NCBI GenBank assembly: GCA_965219645.1
Contig: OZ244788.1
Location: 723,341 to 787,340, forward strand
DNA from: an uncultured Pseudohongiella sp.
GTDB lineage: Bacteria; Pseudomonadota; Gammaproteobacteria; Pseudomonadales; Pseudohongiellaceae
Direction: 5' to 3'
Length of the DNA stretch: 64,000 bases
The position numbers and the translations under genes were made by a program. Shown one piece after another: positions 27,996 to 37,371 of this stretch. The stretch's first letter is position 1. Each line of letters starts with the position of its first letter. The notes below the pieces were generated by a model. That model was not told where the DNA came from and made no database searches. It was given only the letters and a program-made list of their open reading frames with translations.

Positions 27996-29329
27996 ACCAT
28001 CTGGCGCAGTCGATCCGCCGCTCGCTGTTCCTGCGCCTGTTGCTGATTTTCGGCACCACGGTGCTGCTGTTCATCGTCATCATCGCCGGTGCCCTGCAAC
28101 TGGTGAGCAATAGCAGCAATACCATCGACGCCATTCCGGATTTCTTCACCCGCAATATCGATTCCATTATCGATATCGAAAGCATCGGCGCGCCTCCCAA
28201 TCTTGCGAACGCCATGCGGCTTGCCGAGGAGCTTGGCTGGACCATCCAGATCCGCAGTCCCATCATGCGCTGGAGTTCCGACACCGATGACCGCATCGAC
28301 GTAAGCCAGGCGGAATTCGACCATACCCTCAGCGCCGATGCTGAAATCCGCCGCATCGGCGGCGAGGACATCATCCTGGTGGAGCGGGGCGGCTACGAGT
28401 TCTACCTCTACCAGCGCGCCGTACCCGAAGCCGGCGCCAACAATATCGTGCTCTACGCCGGGTTCGCCCTTGCCGCGCTCGTGCTGCTGCTCAATTACAT
28501 CATGGTGAACCGGCTGCTGGCGCCGGTGCGGCTGCTCAAGCAGGGCGCCGAGCGCATCCGCAATGGCGACCTGGGTTTTCGCGTGGACAGCGACCGGCAG
28601 GACGAACTTGGCGAACTCACCGAAAGCATCAATCACATGGCCGATTCCCTGCAGTCCATGCTGGAAGCCAAGCGCCAGTTGCTGCTCGCCATCAGCCACG
28701 AATTGCGCTCGCCGCTGGCCAAGGCGAAACTGCGGCTGGAATTTATCGAGGACAGCGAGCAAACCGGGCAACTGCGCGAGGACATCAACGAAATCGACCT
28801 GCTCATCGCCGACCTGATCGAGGCGGAGCGGCTCAATCAGGAACATTCGGTGCTGGTGGCCGAAGCGGTTCACCTGGGCGCTTTCCTGCGCTCGGTCACC
28901 GCCCAGTACGTCGAATACAAGGGCAGCCTCGAAGTGAAAACGCCCCGACCCGACCAGGAGTTTCACATCGACAAGCTGCGCATCCGGCTGCTGCTCACCA
29001 ATCTGCTCAACAATGCCGTGCGCCACGGCGAGAACAATCCGATCATCGTCAGGGTTTCCTTCCCGGGCGAGGAAGCGCGGATTGAAGTGATCGATCAGGG
29101 CGAGGGCATTTCCAGGGAACATCTGGCGCAGATCGCCGAGCCTTTTTATCGCGCCGACAGCGCCAGGCGACGCAATACCGGCGGTACGGGGCTGGGCCTG
29201 TACCTGTGCCGCCTGATTGCGGAAGCCCACGGCGGCGGCCTGAACATCGACAGCAAGCCCGGCGAGGGAACCTGCGTCACCGTGAAGCTGCCCCGCCGAC
29301 CCGGCGTCGCGGGGGAATCAGCGTCCTGA
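27992..29329 (+). CDS. Sensor histidine kinase (2 TM, HAMP, HisKA, HATPase_c)
   Basis: H-box ISHELRSPL, N-box LLNNAVRHG, G1 DQGEGI, G2 GGTGLGLYLC. It overlaps the regulator's stop by 4 nt. Confidence 0.92.
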   Translation: MNHLAQSIRRSLFLRLLLIFGTTVLLFIVIIAGALQLVSNSSNTIDAIPDFFTRNIDSIIDIESIGAPPNLANAMRLAEELGWTIQIRSPIMRWSSDTDDRIDVSQAEFDHTLSADAEIRRIGGEDIILVERGGYEFYLYQRAVPEAGANNIVLYAGFALAALVLLLNYIMVNRLLAPVRLLKQGAERIRNGDLGFRVDSDRQDELGELTESINHMADSLQSMLEAKRQLLLAISHELRSPLAKAKLRLEFIEDSEQTGQLREDINEIDLLIADLIEAERLNQEHSVLVAEAVHLGAFLRSVTAQYVEYKGSLEVKTPRPDQEFHIDKLRIRLLLTNLLNNAVRHGENNPIIVRVSFPGEEARIEVIDQGEGISREHLAQIAEPFYRADSARRRNTGGTGLGLYLCRLIAEAHGGGLNIDSKPGEGTCVTVKLPRRPGVAGESAS

Positions 29330-29444
29330 GATTCTGCACGAAGCGAAGCCTCTCCCTGCCGTCATTCTGCGCGGAGCGAAGCGGAGTCGCAGAATCTCAG
29401 GCAGAGTCCTCCCAACAAGATTCTGCGACTTCGCGCAGAATGAC
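29328..29444. repeat. GCAGAATGAC palindromic repeat copy, starting within the kinase stop codon
   Basis: The sequence is GAGATTCTGCACGAAGCGAAGC...GTCATTCTGCGCGGAGCGAAGCGGAGTCGCAGAATCTC...AGATTCTGCGACTTCGCGCAGAATGAC. Confidence 0.85.
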
Positions 29445-29458
29445 AAGCGCGTGGAGCT

Positions 29459-31408
29459 TCAGCCCTTCGCGGCGCGGCGCCTTCCGGATCGCAGGAAGAA
29501 TGTGGCAAGCAGCAGTACGCTGAGCAGTGCGGGCATCAGCAGGGTATTGATCCAGCGCAGATTGCTGCCGAGCCGCTCGATGTCCTCGGTCAACTGGAAC
29601 TGCACATCGCGCAGCCTGCGGCGGGTGTCGATCATTTCCTGGTTGAATTGATCGATTTCGGCCTGGATTTCCGGGGCGATCACATCCAGCGGATCGCCTT
29701 CCTCATTCTGGCTCAGGCGCGCGACTTCGGCCTCGGTTTCCGCCAGCCGGGCGAGTAGCACCGACTCTTCCTCGCGCAGCCGGTCGTCGGCCTGTCGCTG
29801 CATCTCGATCACCCGGCTGAACGGTCGCGAATAGGTTCCCCGGCTGCGGATACTGGCAAGGCTGGCGCCGCCGGCGAGATTGTCCAGGGCATTGATGATC
29901 AGGTCGCCGTTGTTGGCGAAGGGCTGGGGAATGCGCTGGCCAAGGAACCGGGCCACCTGCACCCACATTCGGTCCGTCATCATGTCGGTGTCGGCGAACA
30001 GCAGGATGTTGACCGGCGCCTCGGACCAGGCGAGATGCGGCGCGGTTTCTTCCGCGGCGTCGGCAGTCTCCGTTTCGGCGTCCGCATCCTCGCCCGATTC
30101 TTCCTCTTCCGTCTCGGGCGGCGGCGGTCCATCGGGGAAAGCCGATTCGAGCACGCCGCTGATTCTGGCGGCCAGGGTATAGCTCTCCGGGCTGGGCGCG
30201 AAACTCTCGAACAGCGCAGCGGGCTCGGCAAGATCCTGCACCAGCGCGGCTTCCATGAGCATGGAATTGGGTGAGGATTGCATCAGCGGCTCGAACAGGG
30301 TGACGGCGCCCTCGGCCTGGGCAATCACCCCCGCCGAGGAAACATTGACGGTTTCCAGCAGGCTGGTGATGATGTCGTCGCCGTCGAGATTGTCGCGCTG
30401 GACGCCGAGCATGCCGAGGTGGGGTTCCGGGCGCGAGCCCTGTCCCATGGAAACCCGCAAGGCGAGGTCGCTGTCGGCGAGCACCTTGCTGCTGTCGTAT
30501 TCCACGCCCCAGGCTTCCAGCAGCCCGGGCAGGTCGGAACTCATGCCGGCGGGCACGAGAATGCCCTGGGGCGAGCGCGTCACCAGGGAGTCGGCATTGG
30601 GGTCGAGAAAGACCATCGCCTGGCCGCCCCGCATCAGGTGCTGGTCGATGGCGTACAGCATCTGCTGCGACAACTCTCCCGGATGCACCAGCATGACGAT
30701 GTCCACGTCTTCCCCGATTTCCTCGTCGAGGGCGCTGATGCGGCGCACTTCGTACAATTGACGGATGATGTCCATGACGAACCAGGGCTGCAGCATCTGG
30801 TTGCTGGCGGGGTCAAAGCCGCCGTCGAGATCAAGTTCGGTGAGCAGGGCCACCACCTGGCGCTCTGGATTGGCCGCCTGGGTGATGAGCTTGACGAATT
30901 CGTATTCGAGGAAAGGTTCCTGGTCGGGCCGGATCAGCGGCATGGTTTCGGAAATGCGCAGGGTTTCCGGCGCGCCTTCGGCCAATGGCTGGGCCGCCAC
31001 AATGCCAAAATAGATCGCTTCGCCGCCCTGGGTGACGGGAACCGGCTGGATGCCGAACTGGTTGGCGAGGTCCTCGTCTTCGGAAAAGGGCTCCGGATCG
31101 ATGACGCTCAGGCTCAGCAGGCCGTCGCTGGCGATCACGATCTCCCGCAGCAATTCCTGCACCCGGGTGGCGTAGGTGCGGATCTGGGGCACGTCCCCGG
31201 TGGCGGAATCGGAGTAGAAAAAGCGCAATTCGATGGGCGTCTCCAGATTCGAGACGATATCCCGGGTCGCGGGAGCAAGGGTGAACAGGCGGTCTTCGGT
31301 CAGGTCCAGGCGCCAGCCCGGCAGCAGGGAAATCGCGGCGACCGCGAACAGCAGGGCCGCTGCGATCAGGACCAGTCCGACCAGTGATACCAAGCGTCCG
31401 GTTGTCAT
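29459..31408 (-). CDS. GldG-like ABC-transporter auxiliary protein
   Basis: 649 aa with N- and C-terminal TM anchors and a large periplasmic body containing an acidic insert (PPPETEEEESGEDADAETE). It lies downstream of an ABC-2 permease and ATPase, the gldA/F/G-type arrangement. Confidence 0.75.
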   Translation of the reverse strand: MTTGRLVSLVGLVLIAAALLFAVAAISLLPGWRLDLTEDRLFTLAPATRDIVSNLETPIELRFFYSDSATGDVPQIRTYATRVQELLREIVIASDGLLSLSVIDPEPFSEDEDLANQFGIQPVPVTQGGEAIYFGIVAAQPLAEGAPETLRISETMPLIRPDQEPFLEYEFVKLITQAANPERQVVALLTELDLDGGFDPASNQMLQPWFVMDIIRQLYEVRRISALDEEIGEDVDIVMLVHPGELSQQMLYAIDQHLMRGGQAMVFLDPNADSLVTRSPQGILVPAGMSSDLPGLLEAWGVEYDSSKVLADSDLALRVSMGQGSRPEPHLGMLGVQRDNLDGDDIITSLLETVNVSSAGVIAQAEGAVTLFEPLMQSSPNSMLMEAALVQDLAEPAALFESFAPSPESYTLAARISGVLESAFPDGPPPPETEEEESGEDADAETETADAAEETAPHLAWSEAPVNILLFADTDMMTDRMWVQVARFLGQRIPQPFANNGDLIINALDNLAGGASLASIRSRGTYSRPFSRVIEMQRQADDRLREEESVLLARLAETEAEVARLSQNEEGDPLDVIAPEIQAEIDQFNQEMIDTRRRLRDVQFQLTEDIERLGSNLRWINTLLMPALLSVLLLATFFLRSGRRRAAKG

Positions 31409-31418
31409 ATTCCTAGTC

Positions 31419-32171
31419 CTAATTCGCTTTCTTGATTTCGATGACGATTGCGCTGGCGAGCAGCCAGGCGGCGATGAACACGCTGAAGTAAAGCACGTCC
31501 CGGATATCGAGTACGCCCTTGGAGATCGAGTCGAAATGCGTCAGGAAGCCCAGCGCCGCCACCGCATCGACGATGCCCTGGGGCATCCAGTCGGGAAAGG
31601 CGTTGAGCAGGATCGGCGAACCCATGATGACGAACAGGAAACAGATGCTGACCGTCAGAATGAAGGCGATCACCGGATTGCGGGTGCAAGCGGACAGGCA
31701 CGAGCCGATGGCGAGATAGGCCCCGGCCATGAACCAGCTTCCGATATAGCCCGCCACGATGACGCCGTTGTCCGGGTCGCCGAGATAGTTCACCGTGACC
31801 CAGATCGGGAAAGTCAGCAACAGGGCGATTCCGGTCAGCGCCCAGGCGGCGAGAAACTTGCCGAGCACGGCGTCCGCGAGTCTTACGGGTAGCGTCAGCA
31901 GCAGTTCGATGGTGCCGGTCTTGCGTTCGTCGGCCCACAGCGCCATGGCGATGGCCGGCGCCATGAACAGGTAGAGCCAGGGATGGAAACCGAAGAACGG
32001 CAACAGGTCGGCCTGGCCCCGGGCGTAGAAGCCGCCGAGTTCGAAAGTGAAAATGCCGTTGGTGATGAGAAAGATCACGATGAACACGTACGCCAGCGGC
32101 GTGGCGAAGTAGCCCATCAGTTCGCGCCGGAAGATGATTCCCAAGTTGTTTAAGAAGAGCTTCTGCATCAT
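31419..32171 (-). CDS. ABC-2 family permease (GldF-like)
   Basis: ATG at 32171 overlaps the ATPase stop (ATGA). MMQKLFLNNLGIIFRRELMGYFATPLAYVFIVIFL, about six TM segments. Confidence 0.85.
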   Translation of the reverse strand: MMQKLFLNNLGIIFRRELMGYFATPLAYVFIVIFLITNGIFTFELGGFYARGQADLLPFFGFHPWLYLFMAPAIAMALWADERKTGTIELLLTLPVRLADAVLGKFLAAWALTGIALLLTFPIWVTVNYLGDPDNGVIVAGYIGSWFMAGAYLAIGSCLSACTRNPVIAFILTVSICFLFVIMGSPILLNAFPDWMPQGIVDAVAALGFLTHFDSISKGVLDIRDVLYFSVFIAAWLLASAIVIEIKKAN

Positions 32172-33106
32172 GCCGCCTCCCGCCTGCCGGCGTCTTCGGT
32201 AACGGCGCGGAACACGTCTTCGAGTTGCCCGCGCCTCGCGTGGAACTCCTCGACCGGCCATTGCCGCTGCTGGGCAAGCTCGGAAACTCGCGCGAAAATC
32301 GGCTTGCCCGCCGAAAGAATTGTGAAGCTCGCCTGGTCGAGCCGGTCCTGCTCGACGCCGGCGATCTCCGCCACGCCTTCGAGTTCGCTGGCCAGGTCGA
32401 GTTCGCCGGCCAGCCGCACCTCGACCGCGTGGTGGTAGCGCGAGCGCGCTTCGAGTTCAGCCGGTGTACCGTCGGCGACGATCCTGCCTTCGTCGATGAT
32501 GATGGCCCGGGTGCATACCGCGGTTACTTCTTCGAGGATATGGGTGGAAACGACGACGATCTTGTCCTTCGCCAGGTTGCGGATCAATTCGCGCACGTGG
32601 TTCTTCTGGTTCGGGTCGAGACCGTCGGTGGGTTCGTCGAGAATCAGCGCCTTGGGGTCGTGCAGAATCGCTTGGGCCAGGCCCACCCGCCGCTTGAATC
32701 CCTTGGACAAGGTCTCGATCGTCTGATGCGCGACCGATTCGAGCGCCACGTCGCCCATGACATCGGCGATGCGCCGCTCGGCTTCCTCGCCGCGAAAGCC
32801 GCGAATGCGGGCGATGAAGCGCAGGAACTGCAGCGTCGTCATGTCGCCGTAGCAGGGCGCGCCTTCCGGCAGATAGCCGATCAGCGCCTTGGCTTCAAGC
32901 GGCTTGCTGCCGATATCGAAGCCGTCGATGGTGACGCTGCCGGCGCTCGGCGCGAGAAAGCCGGTGATGACTTTCATCGTGGTCGACTTGCCCGCGCCGT
33001 TCGGCCCGAGAAAGCCGAGCACTTCGCCTTCGCGGACCTCGAAACTGAGGTCATCGACGGCGACGACCTGATCGAATTTCCTGGTCAGATTCCTGATTTC
33101 AATCAC
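32168..33106 (-). CDS. ABC transporter ATP-binding protein (GldA-like)
   Basis: Walker A GPNGAGKST, signature LSKGFKRRVGLAQA, Walker B LILDEPTDGLD. Confidence 0.92.
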   Translation of the reverse strand: MIEIRNLTRKFDQVVAVDDLSFEVREGEVLGFLGPNGAGKSTTMKVITGFLAPSAGSVTIDGFDIGSKPLEAKALIGYLPEGAPCYGDMTTLQFLRFIARIRGFRGEEAERRIADVMGDVALESVAHQTIETLSKGFKRRVGLAQAILHDPKALILDEPTDGLDPNQKNHVRELIRNLAKDKIVVVSTHILEEVTAVCTRAIIIDEGRIVADGTPAELEARSRYHHAVEVRLAGELDLASELEGVAEIAGVEQDRLDQASFTILSAGKPIFARVSELAQQRQWPVEEFHARRGQLEDVFRAVTEDAGRREAA

Positions 33107-33434
33107 TGGTTCGCAATTCCCCGTCTATGCCCGATCCATGCTCGATACATCCGGCCCCGCACACGGGCGCCCGTTTCAGGCACGCAAATATAAGTATGCC
33201 TGCGCGGTTTTTCAAGATTGCACGAACATGTGGAGGCGAGGCATGCATCGCCCGCGGACCCGATCAAAGCCACAGTCGGGTGGGGATTCTGCGACTCCAC
33301 ATCGTTACGCGCCGGATGGCACGGAGAGAAACATAGGGGGCGCGTTCAATGCCAGAATGGGAAATTCTGGCGGGTTGCTCTCTATTAGGTTGTGAACTAA
33401 ACTAGAGCGACTAGACTAATTAGGGAATGCCGCC

Positions 33435-33674
33435 ATGAGGGTCGTCAACATGCACGAGGCGAAGACTCAGCTTTCCAGGCTTGTGGAGAGTGCGGTCCGG
33501 GGAGAGCCTTTTGTCATAGCCAGGGCCGGCAAGCCGCTGGTCAAGGTGGTCAGTCTTGGCGGGGCGCCGGAGCCGACGCCGGTTGGATTTTTGCGCGGAA
33601 AGTTTGAGATACCCGAAGACTTCGATAAGCTCGGCGCCTCGGAAATCGAGTCGATGTTCGAAAGCGAAACGTGA
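33435..33674 (+). CDS. Phd/YefM-type antitoxin (VapB role)
   Basis: MRVVNMHEAKTQLSRLVESAVRGEPFVIARAGKPLV is a typical Phd-family N-terminus. 79 aa. The stop overlaps the VapC GTG start. Confidence 0.85.
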   Translation: MRVVNMHEAKTQLSRLVESAVRGEPFVIARAGKPLVKVVSLGGAPEPTPVGFLRGKFEIPEDFDKLGASEIESMFESET

Positions 33675-34057
33675 AATTGTTGATCGACACCAACTTGCTG
33701 CTGCTGGCGGCCGCAGCGCCTGAACGCTTGCGCCCGGAAACTAGGGAACTGATCGAGGCAAGCGATACGACCAGAATTTTCAGCGCGGCCTCGATCTGGG
33801 AAGTCGCCATAAAACGCGGCCTGGGCCGAGATGACTTCAATGTTGACCCGCATGTGCTGCGCCGCGGCCTGTTGGAGAATGGATACGAGGAATTACCGAT
33901 TTCCGGGAACCACGCCGCTTTCGTGCTGTCCTTGCCGCCGATACACAAAGATCCGTTTGACCGCATGCTAGCCGCGCAGGCGCAGGTCGAGGGCATAACA
34001 CTGTTCACCAGCGACAAGTTGCTCGGAATCTACCCTTGCCCGATCAAGTTTGCGTGA
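33671..34057 (+). CDS. vapC: PIN-domain toxin VapC
   Basis: MKLLIDTNLLLL contains the first PIN Asp. FSAASIWEVAIK and FDRMLAAQA...TSD match PIN acidic-residue spacing. 128 aa. Confidence 0.85.
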   Translation: MKLLIDTNLLLLAAAAPERLRPETRELIEASDTTRIFSAASIWEVAIKRGLGRDDFNVDPHVLRRGLLENGYEELPISGNHAAFVLSLPPIHKDPFDRMLAAQAQVEGITLFTSDKLLGIYPCPIKFA

Positions 34058-34070
34058 GCGGGGATGCGAA

Positions 34071-34123
34071 CCAATTCGGAATGAATTCCGAGTTGGTCAA
34101 GCCAATTCGGAGTTAACTCCGAA
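34071..34123. terminator. Two adjacent palindromes between convergent vapC and xylA, a possible terminator region
   Basis: CCAATTCGGAAT-g-AATTCCGAGTTGG is imperfect. TTCGGAGTTAACTCCGAA (34106-34123) is a perfect 18-nt palindrome. No clear U-tract is present. Confidence 0.3.
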
Positions 34124-34162
34124 AAAGTCACTGTGAAAACTGTTTTTCCGAAGGCGGCGTGG

Positions 34163-35512
34163 TTAGCGGCCGGCGCGGACGATGTGGTCGTTGATCAGGT
34201 TTTCCACCAGTTCCTGTTTGCCGCTGATCCGGGCGGGCTCGTCGGAGTCGGCGGCGATGTCCCGCAGCGCCGCCAGATCGAGTTCCCGGTTTTCGAAGCG
34301 TTCGCCGTCGCCGGAATCGAAGCTGCTGTAGCGTCCCTGCCTGAGCGAATGCATTTTCGGGTCGCTGAGGACGCTGTCGGCGATCAGCAGGCCTCGCGCG
34401 AATGCGTCCATGCCGCCGATGTGGGCGATGAACATGTCCTCGACGTCGGTGGATTCCCGCCTGACCTTGGCGTCGAAGTTGAGTCCGCCGCGGCCGAGGC
34501 CGCCCGCTTCGAGCACGACCATCATGCCGTGGACGCAATCGTACAGGTCGAGCGGGAACTGGTCGGTGTCCCAGCCGTTCTGCGGGTCGCCGCGATTGGC
34601 GTCGATGGAGCCGAGCAGGCCCGCGTCCGCCGCCATGCGCAGATCGTGCGCGAACGGGTGTCCCGCGAGGGTGGCGTGGTTCGCTTCGATGTTCAACTTG
34701 AAATCGCCCGCGAGCCCATGATGGCGCAGGAATCCGATTACGGTCTGGGCGTCGAAATCGTATTGATGTTTCATCGGTTCCATCGGCTTGGGTTCGATCA
34801 GGAAGGTACCGTCGAAGCCGATCGAACGGCCGTAGTCGCGGGCTTTTTCCAGGAAAATCGCCATGTGCTCGAGTTCCCGGCGCGTATCGGTGTTCTGCAG
34901 GCAGGCATAGCCTTCGCGTCCGCCCCAGAATACGTAGTTGCTGCCGCCCAGCTCGACGCTTGCCTCGAGCGCCGCCTTGACCTGGGCCGCGGCTCGCGCG
35001 ACGACGGCGAAATCGGGATTCGTCGCGGCGCCGTTCATGTAACGCGGATGGGAAAACAGGTTCGCCGTGCCCCAGAGCAGCCGCAATCCCGTCTCGCGCT
35101 GCCGCTCTTTCGCGAGTTCGACCATCGCCCGCAGGTTTTCTTCGGACTCACCGACCGAGTCGCCTTCGCTGGAGAGGTCAAAGTCGTGGAAGCACCAGAA
35201 CGGCACGCCCAACTTGCTGAAGAACTCGAAGGCGGCATCCACACGGTCGCGAGAACGGTCCATTGCGTCGGATTTCACCGCCCAGGCGTGCCGGCGCGTT
35301 CCCGGCCCGAATGGGTCGGCGCCTTCGGCGCAAAACGTATGCCAGTAACAGACGGCGAAACGGAGGTGTTCTTCCATCGTCTTGCCGGCGACCACGCGCG
35401 CAGGGTCATAAGCCTTGAAGGCGAGCGCATTGTCGGATTCAAGTCCTTCGTATCCGATCCGGCCGATGCCGGGAAAGTACTCCCGGTCTCCGACGAAAAC
35501 TTTTCGACTCAT
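34163..35512 (-). CDS. xylA: Xylose isomerase
   Basis: The ATG at 35512 has a GAGAGGAA RBS. Signature blocks are [23 protein letters not shown] and [20 protein letters not shown]. Confidence 0.95.
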   Translation of the reverse strand: MSRKVFVGDREYFPGIGRIGYEGLESDNALAFKAYDPARVVAGKTMEEHLRFAVCYWHTFCAEGADPFGPGTRRHAWAVKSDAMDRSRDRVDAAFEFFSKLGVPFWCFHDFDLSSEGDSVGESEENLRAMVELAKERQRETGLRLLWGTANLFSHPRYMNGAATNPDFAVVARAAAQVKAALEASVELGGSNYVFWGGREGYACLQNTDTRRELEHMAIFLEKARDYGRSIGFDGTFLIEPKPMEPMKHQYDFDAQTVIGFLRHHGLAGDFKLNIEANHATLAGHPFAHDLRMAADAGLLGSIDANRGDPQNGWDTDQFPLDLYDCVHGMMVVLEAGGLGRGGLNFDAKVRRESTDVEDMFIAHIGGMDAFARGLLIADSVLSDPKMHSLRQGRYSSFDSGDGERFENRELDLAALRDIAADSDEPARISGKQELVENLINDHIVRAGR

Positions 35513-35548
35513 GTTCTTTCCTCTCACCGTTCCGGGCTGTTTCCGATC

Positions 35549-37030
35549 TCAGGCATAAAGCGAAGAGACCGCCGCTACCGCCTGCTGATATTGGCCGTAG
35601 GCATCTTCGTAGGATTTCACCGCTTCGCGCCGGGGTTCGCAACACAGGCCGTCGTTGCGAGTCAGATTTGCGCGGCAGATTTCCGTGATCGAGGCGCCGG
35701 GTTCGAGCAGTTGCATGGCTTGCAATGCCGCCCCGAAAGCCGCCCCTTCCTGCTGTTCGTAAACCGTTACCGGGGAGGCGCAGATATCGGCGACTATCTG
35801 CCGCCATTCGCCGCTGTTGGCGCCGCCGCCGGTCAACACGATATTTGCCGCATTCACGCCGAGGGCCGTGAGTTCGTCGATGCCGAACTTCAACGCGAAG
35901 GTGGCGCCTTCGACTGCCGAGCGCAGGAAGTTTTCCGGCTTCATGTTGCGGCCGTCGAGACCGACGATGCAGCCGCGGGCTCCGGGAAGGTTGGGCGTGC
36001 GCTCGCCATTGAAGAACGGCAGCGTGATCACGCCTTCCGAGCCGCGCGGCGCCTGCCTGATGCGCGATTCGAACGTGGTCAGGCCGGCGCCGAACAGGTC
36101 TCGCATCAGTTCGGTCGTGACGGTGCAATTCATCGTGCAAAGCAGGGGCAGCCAGCCGCCGGTCGATGAACAGAAGGCGGCGATGTTGCCCTTGGGATCA
36201 ATGACGGGCTTGTCCGCGTACGCATAGACGGTGCCCGAGGTTCCCAGGCTCATGGTGACGTTGCCGGGGCTGACATTGCCGGTGCCGATGGCGCCCATCA
36301 TGTTGTCGCCCCCGCCGATGGCCATCGGAATGCCTGCGGGAATGCCGAGTTCGGCGGCCGCGTCGGCGCGAACCTCACCGATCGCTTCGTTGCCGATGCG
36401 CAAGGGAGGCAGGCATTCGTTCAGATCCCGACCAGGGTCGACCGCGCGCAACATGGCTGGCGACCAGTCGCGCCGGCGGATATCGAGCAGGCCGGTGCCC
36501 GAGGCGTCGCCCATTTCCATGCAGCGTTCGCCGGTCAGATAGAGATTGAGGTAATCGTGGGGCAGCAGAATGGCGTCGAGTTTTTCGTATTCGCGTGGGA
36601 GATTCTTCTTCAGCCAACGGATCTTCGAGGCCGTGTAGCCAGGCGGAATCGGATTTCCCGCCTGCTCGATGCAGGCATCGAACCCGCCGGCTTCGCGCAT
36701 GATTTCGGCGCATTCGTCTTCGGTCGAGGTATCGCACCACAACTTTACCGGCGCCAGAACCCGATCGGCTGCATCGACGGCGACAAAACCGTGTTGCTGG
36801 CCGGAAACCGCCAGCGCTCGGGCGGAAGCGCGAAGTTCCGGATCGACCCCGGAAAAAGCGGTTTTCAGTGCGCTCAGCCACCATTGGCTCAACTGTTCGG
36901 CGGCGCCGCTTTCGTCTTGGCGCAGTTCCAGCGGAGCGGATTTCACCGCCGCGACTTCGCGCAAGTCCACGTCGTAAAACACCAGCTTGAGCGCCTGGGT
37001 GCCCAGGTCGATGCCGACAACGGTGTTCAT
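35549..37030 (-). CDS. xylB: Xylulokinase (FGGY family)
   Basis: MNTVVGIDLGTQALK N-terminus, like E. coli XylB. FGGY C-terminal block IVLTGGGANS. Alternative ATG at 37048. Confidence 0.9.
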   Translation of the reverse strand: MNTVVGIDLGTQALKLVFYDVDLREVAAVKSAPLELRQDESGAAEQLSQWWLSALKTAFSGVDPELRASARALAVSGQQHGFVAVDAADRVLAPVKLWCDTSTEDECAEIMREAGGFDACIEQAGNPIPPGYTASKIRWLKKNLPREYEKLDAILLPHDYLNLYLTGERCMEMGDASGTGLLDIRRRDWSPAMLRAVDPGRDLNECLPPLRIGNEAIGEVRADAAAELGIPAGIPMAIGGGDNMMGAIGTGNVSPGNVTMSLGTSGTVYAYADKPVIDPKGNIAAFCSSTGGWLPLLCTMNCTVTTELMRDLFGAGLTTFESRIRQAPRGSEGVITLPFFNGERTPNLPGARGCIVGLDGRNMKPENFLRSAVEGATFALKFGIDELTALGVNAANIVLTGGGANSGEWRQIVADICASPVTVYEQQEGAAFGAALQAMQLLEPGASITEICRANLTRNDGLCCEPRREAVKSYEDAYGQYQQAVAAVSSLYA

Positions 37031-37225
37031 CAGTAGATTTTCTCTCATGCGCCTGGAAAGCCTGCCACAGGGGGCGATGCTGAAGCATACTCCATCGTCA
37101 GGAAAGCCAGAAACTCCAATTTGGGGCGCCAAAATGAGAATTGCCGACAGGAAAGCTGCGCGTCTGTGTTTCGGCGGGTGGCGCGGCTATAATTGCCGGC
37201 CTGCTGCCGCTCCCGGACGATTTTC

Positions 37226-37369
37226 ATGTGGAATCAAACCCAGATTACAGCCCGGCTGGGCGCCTGCCTGATGGCGCTGTTGCTACTGTGCGCCTGCGGC
37301 CAGAAGGGAGGGCTGGTGCGGCCGGAAGCCGCGGGCGGCATGCCTCCATCGTCGATGTCGAGTCCCTGA
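37226..37369 (+). CDS. lptM: Small lipoprotein LptM/YifL-like, 47 aa (below the ORF-track cutoff)
   Basis: Hand translation gives MWNQTQITARLGACLMALLLLCACGQKGGLVRPEAAGGMPPSSMSSP*. The lipobox plus CGQKG-L motif resembles E. coli YifL (TGCGLKGPLY). The position just upstream of lysA-dapF matches known synteny. Confidence 0.7.
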   Translation: MWNQTQITARLGACLMALLLLCACGQKGGLVRPEAAGGMPPSSMSSP

Positions 37370-37371
37370 CC

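Noticed and set aside
34133-36169. 678-aa ORF on the plus strand
   Set aside because: Antisense to xylA and xylB. The same reasoning applies to 60743-62203 (antisense to glmM) and 41321-42628 (antisense to the glycosyltransferase).
37028-37050. Possible left TIR partner (AGATTTTCTCTCATGCGCC) for the solo repeat end at 37128-37144
   Set aside because: The similarity to GCAATTCTCATTATGGC is too weak, and it overlaps the xylB start region.
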